Source: Gemmatimonadota bacterium
Lineage (GTDB): Bacteria; Gemmatimonadota; Gemmatimonadetes; Palauibacterales; Palauibacteraceae
Length of the DNA: 64,000 bases
Assembly: GCA_965200165.1 (NCBI GenBank)
Contig: OZ241352.1
Coordinates: 2,308,756-2,372,755, forward strand
Direction of reading: 5' to 3'
Shown one piece after another: positions 10,684 through 19,341 of the stretch; position 1 is the first letter of the stretch; each line of letters opens with the position of its first letter. The notes beneath the pieces are model-generated. The model ran no database searches. It was not told the origin of the DNA and worked only from the letters and a program-made list of their open reading frames with translations. The translations under genes were made by a program, and so were the position numbers.

Positions 10684-12195
10684 ATGCGTTCGCGGCATGG
10701 TGCTCCATGCGTATCTCTGTTCTTCCAAAGCACCACCATTCTGCTGAGTATCGTTGCTGCGGGTTGCTCCCTCGCCCCCGCCCCGAATATCCCTGCTGCG
10801 GTCACCGAAGCCACCGCGGAGTGGGACTCAGCTGAGACCGACCCCGAGGATGCTCCTGAACCGATCCGATGGTGGGAGAACTTCGACGACCCACTGCTGG
10901 ACGATCTCGTTAACCGAGTACTCGCTGCGAACCTCGACCTGCGCGGCGCCCTCGCCCGACTCGAGGAGCTCCGGCAAAGATATCAAATTGCACGCGCCCC
11001 ACTTCTCCCGGCAATCGCCTTGGACGTGAATCGGACCGAGACGAGCACCCCTGCAAACACGGGGTTGGGGGCGCAGTTCGGGGGCGAAGAATTGGGTGGT
11101 TTCGGTTTCCAGTTCCCGGAACGCTTCGCATTCACCACCTGGAGCGCTTCCTTGGCTGTTTCGTATGAGCTGGATTTTTGGGGGCGCCTGAGGAATCAAT
11201 CCGGTGCCGCCCTCCGAGAGTTCCTCGCGACACGGGCTGACGCCGAAACCGTCCGGTTGCAGGTTATCGGATCGACCATATCGACTTACCTCGAACTCGT
11301 ATCCACCCGTCACCTACGAGAACTCGCCGAGCAGGACGTCGGGTTACTCACCGACCGTGAGCAGACGGCCAGTGACGCATACGCCGCCGGCCTTGTGCCC
11401 GTGTCCGAGCTCTACGCGGTCAGACAACGACTGCGGGCCGCCGAAAACAACCTGGCCTCTCTCGAAACGGCCACGACTGACGTCGAAGGCCGTCTTGGCA
11501 TTCTGTTGGCGAGGCCTTCCGTGGACCTTTCCGCGGAGCTCCCCACCGCTATCGGCGACGGCCCCGTCGGCGAATGGCCCGAACCTCGACTCCCCGCGTC
11601 CCTTTTGGAGGGTCGTCCCGATGTCATCGCCGCCGCCCAACGCATGGACGCAGCGCGTCTCCTCGTGGGTGCGCGCCGTGCGGAGCTCCTTCCGACTGTG
11701 TCGTTCAACGGTGCTGTGGGCCTCCAGGCAAGCGAACCGCAGGACGTGCTAGACTTCACCCAGTGGTTTCGCAACTTGGTGACGGGGCTGGTTGCGCCGA
11801 TCTTCCAAGGTGGTCGTTTGCGGGCCAACTTGGGGGTCGCCAGAGCTCAGTACGATGCGGCGGTGGTCCAGTATATTCGTACCGTTCTCACGGCCCACGC
11901 GGAGGTTAACACCAGCCTGTCCCGGTTCGCTGAGGAGCGGGAGCGCCACCGAAATGCTCTCGAAGCGGCCGCAGAGGCGCGCGACAGCTACCAAAGGGCG
12001 CGCGACAGTTACCTGCAGGGGGCTGGGGAATATGCAGTGTTTGTTGATGCCGGGGTGTCCCTTAACTCGGTCCTAGCTGCTCAGGCGATGGCTGTTCGCA
12101 GCCTGGGAGAGGCGCGACTCGGTGTCCATCGTGCACTAGGCGGAACCTGGTTGGAGGAGGACGTCGAGTCACCTACAACTCTTGGCTCAAAATGA
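10684..12195 (+). CDS. efflux transporter outer membrane factor lipoprotein (NodT/TolC family)
   Basis: ORF 10633..12195 with start moved to ATG 10684. Lipobox LSIVAAGCS. Two-repeat OMF pattern (WWENFDDPLLDDLV, LDLR..ARLEE, PTVSFNGAVG). Confidence 0.85.
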   Translation: MRSRHGAPCVSLFFQSTTILLSIVAAGCSLAPAPNIPAAVTEATAEWDSAETDPEDAPEPIRWWENFDDPLLDDLVNRVLAANLDLRGALARLEELRQRYQIARAPLLPAIALDVNRTETSTPANTGLGAQFGGEELGGFGFQFPERFAFTTWSASLAVSYELDFWGRLRNQSGAALREFLATRADAETVRLQVIGSTISTYLELVSTRHLRELAEQDVGLLTDREQTASDAYAAGLVPVSELYAVRQRLRAAENNLASLETATTDVEGRLGILLARPSVDLSAELPTAIGDGPVGEWPEPRLPASLLEGRPDVIAAAQRMDAARLLVGARRAELLPTVSFNGAVGLQASEPQDVLDFTQWFRNLVTGLVAPIFQGGRLRANLGVARAQYDAAVVQYIRTVLTAHAEVNTSLSRFAEERERHRNALEAAAEARDSYQRARDSYLQGAGEYAVFVDAGVSLNSVLAAQAMAVRSLGEARLGVHRALGGTWLEEDVESPTTLGSK

Positions 12196-13478
12196 TGTCC
12201 GATAACTACGATCACGCCCCCGACCAGAACGCGTCCAACGCGTCCTTCGCACGGCTCCGCAGATTTGCAGCTGAAAAGCAGTGGTTGCAGGTGGTGGCAC
12301 TACTCGGCTTCGGGGTACTGACGTTCGCCGTCCTCGTCAGTCTCCGCCAAGAGCCGGAACAGCTGGAACCGCAGAATCGAATCCCGTTGGTGAACGTTAC
12401 CCCGGCGCAGGTGAGCAGCGGCCCGATTCGGGTTTTGGGCGGAGGGACGATCAGGCCCCGGGCTGAGGTTTCAATCGCCCCCGAAGTCACCGGCCGGGTT
12501 ACTTGGGTGTCACCCGCTTTCGTAAGCGGAGCCCGCGTCTCGGCCGGAGAAGTCCTGCTTCATGTTGAAGAAAAGGATTATCAGGCCGCTCTCGATGCAG
12601 CGGAAGCGGAGGCGGCAAGGTTGGCTGTGAGCCTGCTTCAGGCGGAAGAGGCTGCAAATGTGGCGCAGTCAACGTGGCAGAGGTTGGCAGAGCGGGAAGG
12701 TCTGCCGAGTACGCCCCCCAACCCACTTGTCGTCCAGGAACCGCAGCTTGAAGCCGCACGCGCCGCGCTCAAGAGCGCCGAGGCACGTTTGGAGGGTGCG
12801 AGACTGGACCTCGAACGGACCCAACTCCGTGCGCCTTTCACAGGGATTGTTCGGGACGAGAATGCTGTTTTGGGACAGTTTGCGACGAGGGGGCAATCGA
12901 TCGGGCGCATCTACGCGACCGACGCCGTCGAGGTTGTTGTTGCCCTGGGAGATGACGATGCGGCCCTCATCGACCGTCTATGGGATGTCCGGCCTGGGAG
13001 TATTGAAACGCGTATTCCGGCGGTGGTGACTTCCAACTATGGCGGCGTGGACTACACATGGCCGGCATTCGTCGATCGTGCCGAGTCGGCCTTGGATGAA
13101 CTGACTCGCACGGTAGATGTGGTGGTACAGGTTCCAGACCCCTTCGCCCAGTCCACAAGCGGGCCCGCCAACCCACCGCTGTTCATCGGCAGCTACGCCA
13201 ACGTGGAGATCGAAGGAACCAGCTTCGACGCCTACGCCACCATCCCGGTCGCCGGCCTACGAGACGGGGAACAGGGGGATGAGGTCTGGATCGTTCAGCA
13301 GGACACGCTGCTCGCAGTGGTCCCCGTCACCAGGATCCAGGATTTGAGGAATGAAGTCATTGTGGTAGGAGATATAGCAGACGGCACCCCAGTGATAACG
13401 ACGCCCATGTCGGTTGTCACCGACGGAATGACGGTGCAAGTCGAGGGTACGTCCGAACCACAGGGTGACACGCCGTGA
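12192..13478 (+). CDS. efflux RND transporter periplasmic adaptor (membrane fusion protein)
   Basis: ATGA overlap with the OMF gene. N-terminal TM segment, coiled-coil hairpin segment (AALDAAEAEAARLAV.., LEAARAALKSAEARLEGARLDLERTQLRAPFTG), beta-barrel C-terminus. Confidence 0.85.
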   Translation: MMSDNYDHAPDQNASNASFARLRRFAAEKQWLQVVALLGFGVLTFAVLVSLRQEPEQLEPQNRIPLVNVTPAQVSSGPIRVLGGGTIRPRAEVSIAPEVTGRVTWVSPAFVSGARVSAGEVLLHVEEKDYQAALDAAEAEAARLAVSLLQAEEAANVAQSTWQRLAEREGLPSTPPNPLVVQEPQLEAARAALKSAEARLEGARLDLERTQLRAPFTGIVRDENAVLGQFATRGQSIGRIYATDAVEVVVALGDDDAALIDRLWDVRPGSIETRIPAVVTSNYGGVDYTWPAFVDRAESALDELTRTVDVVVQVPDPFAQSTSGPANPPLFIGSYANVEIEGTSFDAYATIPVAGLRDGEQGDEVWIVQQDTLLAVVPVTRIQDLRNEVIVVGDIADGTPVITTPMSVVTDGMTVQVEGTSEPQGDTP

Positions 13479-16400
13479 AGGGCCCGATTGCGTGGATGGT
13501 CCGAAATGGGGTGGCCGCGAATCTGCTCATGGTGTTTCTGTTCCTGGTCGGGTTCATCTCCGTCACCCAGTTGCCCCAAGAGTCCTTCCCTTCAATCTCG
13601 CTCGGGCTCATTCAGGTGCGGGTCGACTATCCCGGCGGCACGCCCGCCGAGATTGAGGAAGCGATCATCCAGCGGGTCGAGGAACGGATAGAGGGTATCG
13701 AAGGGATCGATCGGGTACTCGGCACGGCCGCCGAAAACAGTGGTGTGGTGGTCATCGAGCTGGAGACGAGTGCCGACGAACAGAAGGTACTCGACGACAT
13801 AAAGGGGGCCGTTGATCAGATAACCAGCTTCCCCGCCGAGGCCGAAGAGCCATCGGTCCAGATCGTGGAGCCGTTCCGTCGAGTGCAGGAGTTGGTCATC
13901 TACGGTGATGTGCCCGAGAACACTCTCAAAGAGGCGGCGCTTCGCATCCAGGACGATTTGACGGCACTGGATGTTATTTCGCGGGTCGATATTATCGGAG
14001 CCCGCCGCTACGAGGTCGCCATTGAGGTTCCGAAAGATGTGCTGCGGTCTTACGACCTCACGCTTCAGGAGGTCAGCCAGGCCGTGCGTCGCGGCAGCCT
14101 TGACCTTCCTGGTGGCAGCGTCGAGACGGATCAGGAGGAGATACGCGTGGCGGTGCGCGGGGAGAGTGCGACCCGCGACGGTTTCGCGGATATAGTGGTT
14201 CGCGCCGGAGCCAACGGTTCGATCCTCCGCCTAGGGGACATCGCCACCGTCCGAGACGGGTTCGAGGAACAAGACCTCACGTCTCTCTGGAACGGGCAAC
14301 CGTCCGTGACTGTCCGCGTCATGCGGTCCGAAGAAGATCAGCTGTTGGATATGGCTGAAGCGATCGAGAACTACGTGGCGCAGGATCTTCCGTCGGCCCT
14401 GCCGCGCGGTCTAAACGTGGATCTGGGCTGGGACGATGTGGCGATGCTCGAATCGCGCGTCAATATGCTCCTGGAGAACGGTTTGTGGGGGTTTGTCCTG
14501 GTTGTGGTCGCTCTCGCGATTTTCCTTAACCTGCGCCTCGCCATATGGACCGCCGTCGGGATCTCGGTATGCTTCGTTGGCACGTTCGCCGTCATGTCGG
14601 TACTCGACATAAGCATCACCATGATGTCGCTCTTCGCCTTTGTCCTCGCGTTGGGGATCGTGGTTGATGACGCGATCGTTGTGGGAGAGCACATCTACCA
14701 ACGAAGAGAGGATGGATTGTCGTCGGTGGACGCGGCCATCACGGGAGCGCGCCGCGTGGCAAAACCGGTGGTCTTTGCCGTACTCACGACTGTCGCTGCG
14801 TTTACCCCGCTCATGTTCGTTCCGGGAATCATGGGGAACGTAATCAAATCCATCCCGATTATAGTGATAGCCGTTCTCCTGTTTTCGCTTGTGGAGGCTC
14901 TGTTCATCTTTCCTTACCACCTATCTCATCTACCGACGGTCGGTCCCGGCAAGCCGAAGTCGAAGGGGTGGTTCGCTCGGTTTCAAGATGCAGTCCAACG
15001 CCTGGTGCAGTGGTTCGTGGACGGATGGTTGGATCGTTGGATCAGATTCGCGATCAGGCGTTGGGGGCTCACGCTTTCCGGGGTGATCGCAGTAGTGTTG
15101 ATAATCTTCGGCCTCATGGCGGGAGGACACGTCCCGGTCGTCTTGTTCCAGGAACTCGAGGGGAACTATGTCTTCGCCTACCTGGAGATGCCCGAGGGAA
15201 CAACGAGCACTCGTTCGAGGGAGATAGCGTCACGCCTTGAGGAGAAGGCGTGGGCTGTCGGCAGGGCCCTGCAAGAGGAGTTGCCCGAAGATGACCCCCC
15301 CCTCCTGCAGAACATCCAAACCACTGTCGGATTCAAACAATCCGACGCCCTAGGACCTGCAAGCGTACAGGCTGGCGTGCAGCCGAACATCGTCGAGGTG
15401 GCCGCTCAACTCCTTGGGCCAGAAGAACGAACCCTCCCTGTGGACGTGTTCATTAACGCGTGGCGGGACAGTATCGGCGTAATCCCCGGCGCCCGCCTGT
15501 TGACCGTCGAGGGTTCCGGCATCGATTTCGGAGCGCCCGTTTTGGTCGAGCTGACACACCCGGACGACGAGGCGCTGCAAGTAGCGGTGTCCGACGTCAA
15601 GGCGTTCTTGGCCGGAGTGTCGGGTATCGTCGACGTATTCGATGACCGGGGAACACCCAAGAGAGAGTTGCAGCTCGAACTAAAGCCGCAGGCCACTACC
15701 CTCGGAATAACGCTGGACGACCTCGCGAGGCAGGTGCGAGCAGCGTTCTTCGGTGTTGAGGGAGCCCGCTTCCAACGGGGACAAGAGGAGGTCAGAGTAT
15801 ACGCACGTCTGCCGGAGGATGAGAGGAGTTCGGTTACGGACCTCCGCGATTACCGTATCCGCGCACCGGGCGGTGGAGCTATCCCCCTGTCCGAGGTAGC
15901 TGACATCAGCTATATTGAGGCCCCGGCCACGATCCGGCGTATAGACGGAAGGCGGGCAGTCTCCGTTTCCGCGAACCTGGTTCCCGGGACCCTTAGTTCA
16001 CCGGAAGCCAACGTCTTGGCCGGCGACTATCTGGATGAGTTGGTACGGGATCGGCCTGGCCTGGGTTACGCGCTCGGCGGCCAGCAGGGCGAGACACTGG
16101 AATCCCTGACTTGGTTGGCGTTCGGATTCCTCGTTGCACTGGTAGCAATTTACGCGCTCCTCGCGATTCCGTTCCGCTCATACACCATCCCCTTGGTAAT
16201 TATGGGTGCGATTCCGCTGGGCCTGATTGGATCGGCCGTCGGTCACTTCATCATGGGTGTTCCCATTGGGATGATGTCGATGTTCGGGCTGGTTGGACTT
16301 GCGGGGGTGATGGTGAACGATGCGCTCGTGATGATGGACTTCGTCATGATCCGTTACCGGCGTGGGACGCCGATGGCTGAGGCTATTGTGAGAGGCGCAA

Positions 16401-16684
16401 AGGCCCGGTTCAGGCCCATAGCGCTGACGTCAGTAACCACCTTCATGGGGCTGTTCCCAATAATTTTGGAGAAGGGCCTTCAGGCTCAAATCATGGTCCC
16501 CATGGCTGTCAGCCTTGGGTTCGGCGTGCTTTTCGGGACAGTGGTTTTGATGGTTGCGGTGCCGCCGCTCGCCATGGCGAACTACCGGTTGCAAGAGCTG
16601 CTCCACGCTCTCAGGGGTCGTCGCCTGGTCGCTCCGGTAGCCGCTGGACACGAAGTGGGAGTATCTGCGCGCAGCGGCTACTAG
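13475..16684 (+). CDS. RND efflux permease (AcrB/AcrD/AcrF family)
   Basis: 1069 aa, GTGA overlap with the MFP gene. Typical 12-TM, two-large-loop architecture (AIVVGEHIYQRRE, NDALVMMDF). Confidence 0.95.
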   Translation: MKGPIAWMVRNGVAANLLMVFLFLVGFISVTQLPQESFPSISLGLIQVRVDYPGGTPAEIEEAIIQRVEERIEGIEGIDRVLGTAAENSGVVVIELETSADEQKVLDDIKGAVDQITSFPAEAEEPSVQIVEPFRRVQELVIYGDVPENTLKEAALRIQDDLTALDVISRVDIIGARRYEVAIEVPKDVLRSYDLTLQEVSQAVRRGSLDLPGGSVETDQEEIRVAVRGESATRDGFADIVVRAGANGSILRLGDIATVRDGFEEQDLTSLWNGQPSVTVRVMRSEEDQLLDMAEAIENYVAQDLPSALPRGLNVDLGWDDVAMLESRVNMLLENGLWGFVLVVVALAIFLNLRLAIWTAVGISVCFVGTFAVMSVLDISITMMSLFAFVLALGIVVDDAIVVGEHIYQRREDGLSSVDAAITGARRVAKPVVFAVLTTVAAFTPLMFVPGIMGNVIKSIPIIVIAVLLFSLVEALFIFPYHLSHLPTVGPGKPKSKGWFARFQDAVQRLVQWFVDGWLDRWIRFAIRRWGLTLSGVIAVVLIIFGLMAGGHVPVVLFQELEGNYVFAYLEMPEGTTSTRSREIASRLEEKAWAVGRALQEELPEDDPPLLQNIQTTVGFKQSDALGPASVQAGVQPNIVEVAAQLLGPEERTLPVDVFINAWRDSIGVIPGARLLTVEGSGIDFGAPVLVELTHPDDEALQVAVSDVKAFLAGVSGIVDVFDDRGTPKRELQLELKPQATTLGITLDDLARQVRAAFFGVEGARFQRGQEEVRVYARLPEDERSSVTDLRDYRIRAPGGGAIPLSEVADISYIEAPATIRRIDGRRAVSVSANLVPGTLSSPEANVLAGDYLDELVRDRPGLGYALGGQQGETLESLTWLAFGFLVALVAIYALLAIPFRSYTIPLVIMGAIPLGLIGSAVGHFIMGVPIGMMSMFGLVGLAGVMVNDALVMMDFVMIRYRRGTPMAEAIVRGAKARFRPIALTSVTTFMGLFPIILEKGLQAQIMVPMAVSLGFGVLFGTVVLMVAVPPLAMANYRLQELLHALRGRRLVAPVAAGHEVGVSARSGY

Positions 16685-16687
16685 CGG

Positions 16688-17581
16688 TTGATCCGTCGGC
16701 CCGACACCATTCTCGACGATGCGACAGGCGCGCTGGTGGAGGCCTTGTTGGAGGCCAGGGATCGGCGTGCGGCTATTCAGCTTCCCTCCAACCTGGGACT
16801 AGAGTGCGCCTACCGATTGGGGGCTCAGCTGGATCGGCGGCTTAGGTCCCGCGGCTTCCATGCGGTGGGTTACAAGGTGGGGTTCACGAACCCTGACGTA
16901 TGGGCGAAATGGGGGCTGGACGAGCCCATTCTTTTTCCGGTGTACGACCGTACCGTGGCACATACCACGACCCGAAAGGGAGTCGACACCAGGGCTACCG
17001 CCCCGCTATCCCCGTATCGCGCACCGCGGCTGGAGGTCGAAGTTGTCTTCGGTGTTTACCAGGGAGCGCAACCTGTACCGGGCCCAAGGACGGGTTCGGG
17101 GCTGCCGGCACACCTGGCCTGGGTGGCATTGGGCGTGGAGATCGTGGATTGTCATGAACGCTCCTGGCGGCTGAGTCCGGCGGGTTCGGTTGCCGATTTC
17201 GGGCTCCACGGTAAGCTGGTGATTGGTCCCAGGATCTTGGCAGCGGATCCGGGTTTTACCGAAGTGGTGGAGTACCTTGACTTCCTCCAGGTAAGCCTCT
17301 GGCGGAAGGGCGACGCCGAACCCACCGCTACAGGCAAGGGTAACCAGGTGCTCGGGCACCCGCTCTCCGTGCTGGAGGCGGTCCCGCGGCTCGCTCCGTA
17401 CTTTGATCCGCTGGACATCCCCGGCCCCGAAGGCATCGTTATGATCAGTACGGGAACGATGACCCCGCTAGCTTCCTGTCGGGCTGGGGAGACGTGGCAG
17501 GTGTGCGTTGGATCCGCCGACTCCCACTCCCGGGAGCCAACCTCAGCGCTAACGGGGTTCGAGGTAGCTCTTCTCGAGTAA
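16688..17581 (+). CDS. 2-keto-4-pentenoate hydratase-like (MhpD/FAH superfamily) hydratase/decarboxylase
   Basis: TTG start 3 nt after the RND stop. GYKVGFTNPDVWAKWGLDEPILFPVYD, PRLEVEVVFG, LGVEIVDCHE, LGHPLSVLEAV and ISTGTMTP follow the MhpD pattern (GRKVGLT, PRIEAEIA, LEVV, LGHPLNA, LTGAL). Confidence 0.7.
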   Translation: MIRRPDTILDDATGALVEALLEARDRRAAIQLPSNLGLECAYRLGAQLDRRLRSRGFHAVGYKVGFTNPDVWAKWGLDEPILFPVYDRTVAHTTTRKGVDTRATAPLSPYRAPRLEVEVVFGVYQGAQPVPGPRTGSGLPAHLAWVALGVEIVDCHERSWRLSPAGSVADFGLHGKLVIGPRILAADPGFTEVVEYLDFLQVSLWRKGDAEPTATGKGNQVLGHPLSVLEAVPRLAPYFDPLDIPGPEGIVMISTGTMTPLASCRAGETWQVCVGSADSHSREPTSALTGFEVALLE

Positions 17582-17705
17582 CCTGGGGGTGGTGCGCTAC
17601 TTGCATTGGTGGCGTGAGAGCTCTAGTTACACCTAGGAATAGTCCAGAATAGTTCGCGGAGTGGTGTCAACGTGATGCCAAACTGGTGCCAAGAACGGAG
17701 CGTTA

Positions 17706-19340
17706 ATGGCGTCAAAAGCACCTGGTAGTGCCGAAGCCGAAACGCTGCCAACCCGCTGGGCCAAGGTTATCGACCATACTCGGTGCATCGGGTGCCACGC
17801 GTGCACCACCGCGTGCAAGTCCGAGAACGATGTCCCTCTAGGAGTGACCCGCACTTACGTCAAATACGCGGATGTGGGGACGTTCCCGTCGACCCGACGT
17901 GCTTTCCAGGTCACCCGCTGCAACCAGTGCGACGATGCCCCGTGCACGACAGCGTGCCCGACCGGGGCGATGTTCCGCCGCCCTGACGGCATAGTGGATT
18001 TCGACAAGTCCATCTGCATCGGGTGCAAGGCCTGTATCGCAGCTTGTCCCTACGACGCCATCTTCATCAACCCCGAGGACCACTCCGCCGAGAAGTGCAA
18101 TTTCTGTGCCCATCGTATCGATGTGGGCCTCGAGCCGGCTTGCGTAACGGTGTGCCCGACGGAAGCCATCTTCGTGGGCGATTTGGACGATCCCGACTCC
18201 AAAGTGGCGAACGTGGTAGGCCGCGATCCTGTCACCGTCCGACGTCCGGAGAAGGAGACCCGGCCCAAGCTGTTCTACAAGGGAGCTCACCAGGCGACCT
18301 TGGATCCTCTCGCGGCCGTTCAACCCGACGGTGGGCTCTACATGTGGAGCGAGCAGGGGAGGGGGGCGCACGAAATCGGGGCGGGCCAACCCGCGGACTA
18401 CGCGGCACGCCATTTCGACGCCGCGAATTCGTCGGCTGCGGCCGTTCTTTCCTATGATGTCTCGCATAAGGCGCCTTGGGATTGGCGCGTGAGCCTCTAC
18501 ACCCTCACCAAGGGGATCTCGGCAGGCGTCTACCTGGCTGCGCTCCTGCTCTGCCTCCTTGGTGATCTCATTGGAGGCGGTTCTCTCGGCGGACCCGCCG
18601 GAAGTGGCTCCGCCGCTGGTTCGGGGTGGGAGAGTCAGGTGTGGTTGACGCTGGGGCCGCTACTTGGGCTTGGCGCCCTCGCGGTGACCGGAGCGCTTCT
18701 CATCTGGGATTTGGAACATCCAATGAGAGCTCATCTGATCTTTCTCCGGCCCAGGTTCCGCAGCTGGTTGGTGCGCGGAGCCTTTATCATCACAGGATAT
18801 GGCGTGGGGCTCGTGGCGCATCTGGGAGCCAGCGTTCTTGGGTGGGTCGACGTCGCGCGACTTCTGGCATGGTTCGTGGGCCCATTAGCTCTCGGCACTG
18901 CCGTTTACACGGCTTACCTGTTTGCGCAGGCGAAGGCTCGTGATCTGTGGCAAAACCCATTGCTGCCTCCGCACTTTGCCGTCCAAGCACTCCTGGCCGG
19001 TAGCGCAACGCTCATGTTTCTCCCGACCCTCGCCACCAACCCCATTCTCACCCTATTGGTTGTGTGCGCGGCCGTTGCCCACCTGCTGTTGGTGGTGGGC
19101 GAGGTCACACTCACCCACCCTACTGCCCACGCTGCCCTGGCCGTACACCACCTGGTCCGGGGGCGATATGCAAGGTGGTTCTGGATGGGCAATGTGCTGG
19201 TGACGGCAGCCGTCCTGCTCCTGGTCGTTCCACTGGAGGGGGCCTGGATTGCTCCGCTGGTCGCGATCGTAACCCTGGCTGGACTCCTCGCTTACGAACA
19301 CGCCTACGTGCAGGCGGGCCAGGCGGTGCCGCTGGCATGA
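17706..19340 (+). CDS. fusion of a four-cluster [4Fe-4S] electron-transfer subunit (DmsB/PsrB/TtrB-like) with an NrfD/PsrC-type 8-helix membrane quinone-interacting subunit
   Basis: Cys groups CIGCHACTTAC, CNQCDDAPCTTAC, CIGCKACIAAC and CNFCAHRIDVGLEPACVTVC in the first ~200 aa. From WDWRVSLYTLTKGISAG onward I count eight hydrophobic helices. No signal or Tat leader at the N-terminus. Confidence 0.85.
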   Translation: MASKAPGSAEAETLPTRWAKVIDHTRCIGCHACTTACKSENDVPLGVTRTYVKYADVGTFPSTRRAFQVTRCNQCDDAPCTTACPTGAMFRRPDGIVDFDKSICIGCKACIAACPYDAIFINPEDHSAEKCNFCAHRIDVGLEPACVTVCPTEAIFVGDLDDPDSKVANVVGRDPVTVRRPEKETRPKLFYKGAHQATLDPLAAVQPDGGLYMWSEQGRGAHEIGAGQPADYAARHFDAANSSAAAVLSYDVSHKAPWDWRVSLYTLTKGISAGVYLAALLLCLLGDLIGGGSLGGPAGSGSAAGSGWESQVWLTLGPLLGLGALAVTGALLIWDLEHPMRAHLIFLRPRFRSWLVRGAFIITGYGVGLVAHLGASVLGWVDVARLLAWFVGPLALGTAVYTAYLFAQAKARDLWQNPLLPPHFAVQALLAGSATLMFLPTLATNPILTLLVVCAAVAHLLLVVGEVTLTHPTAHAALAVHHLVRGRYARWFWMGNVLVTAAVLLLVVPLEGAWIAPLVAIVTLAGLLAYEHAYVQAGQAVPLA

Positions 19341-19341
19341 A

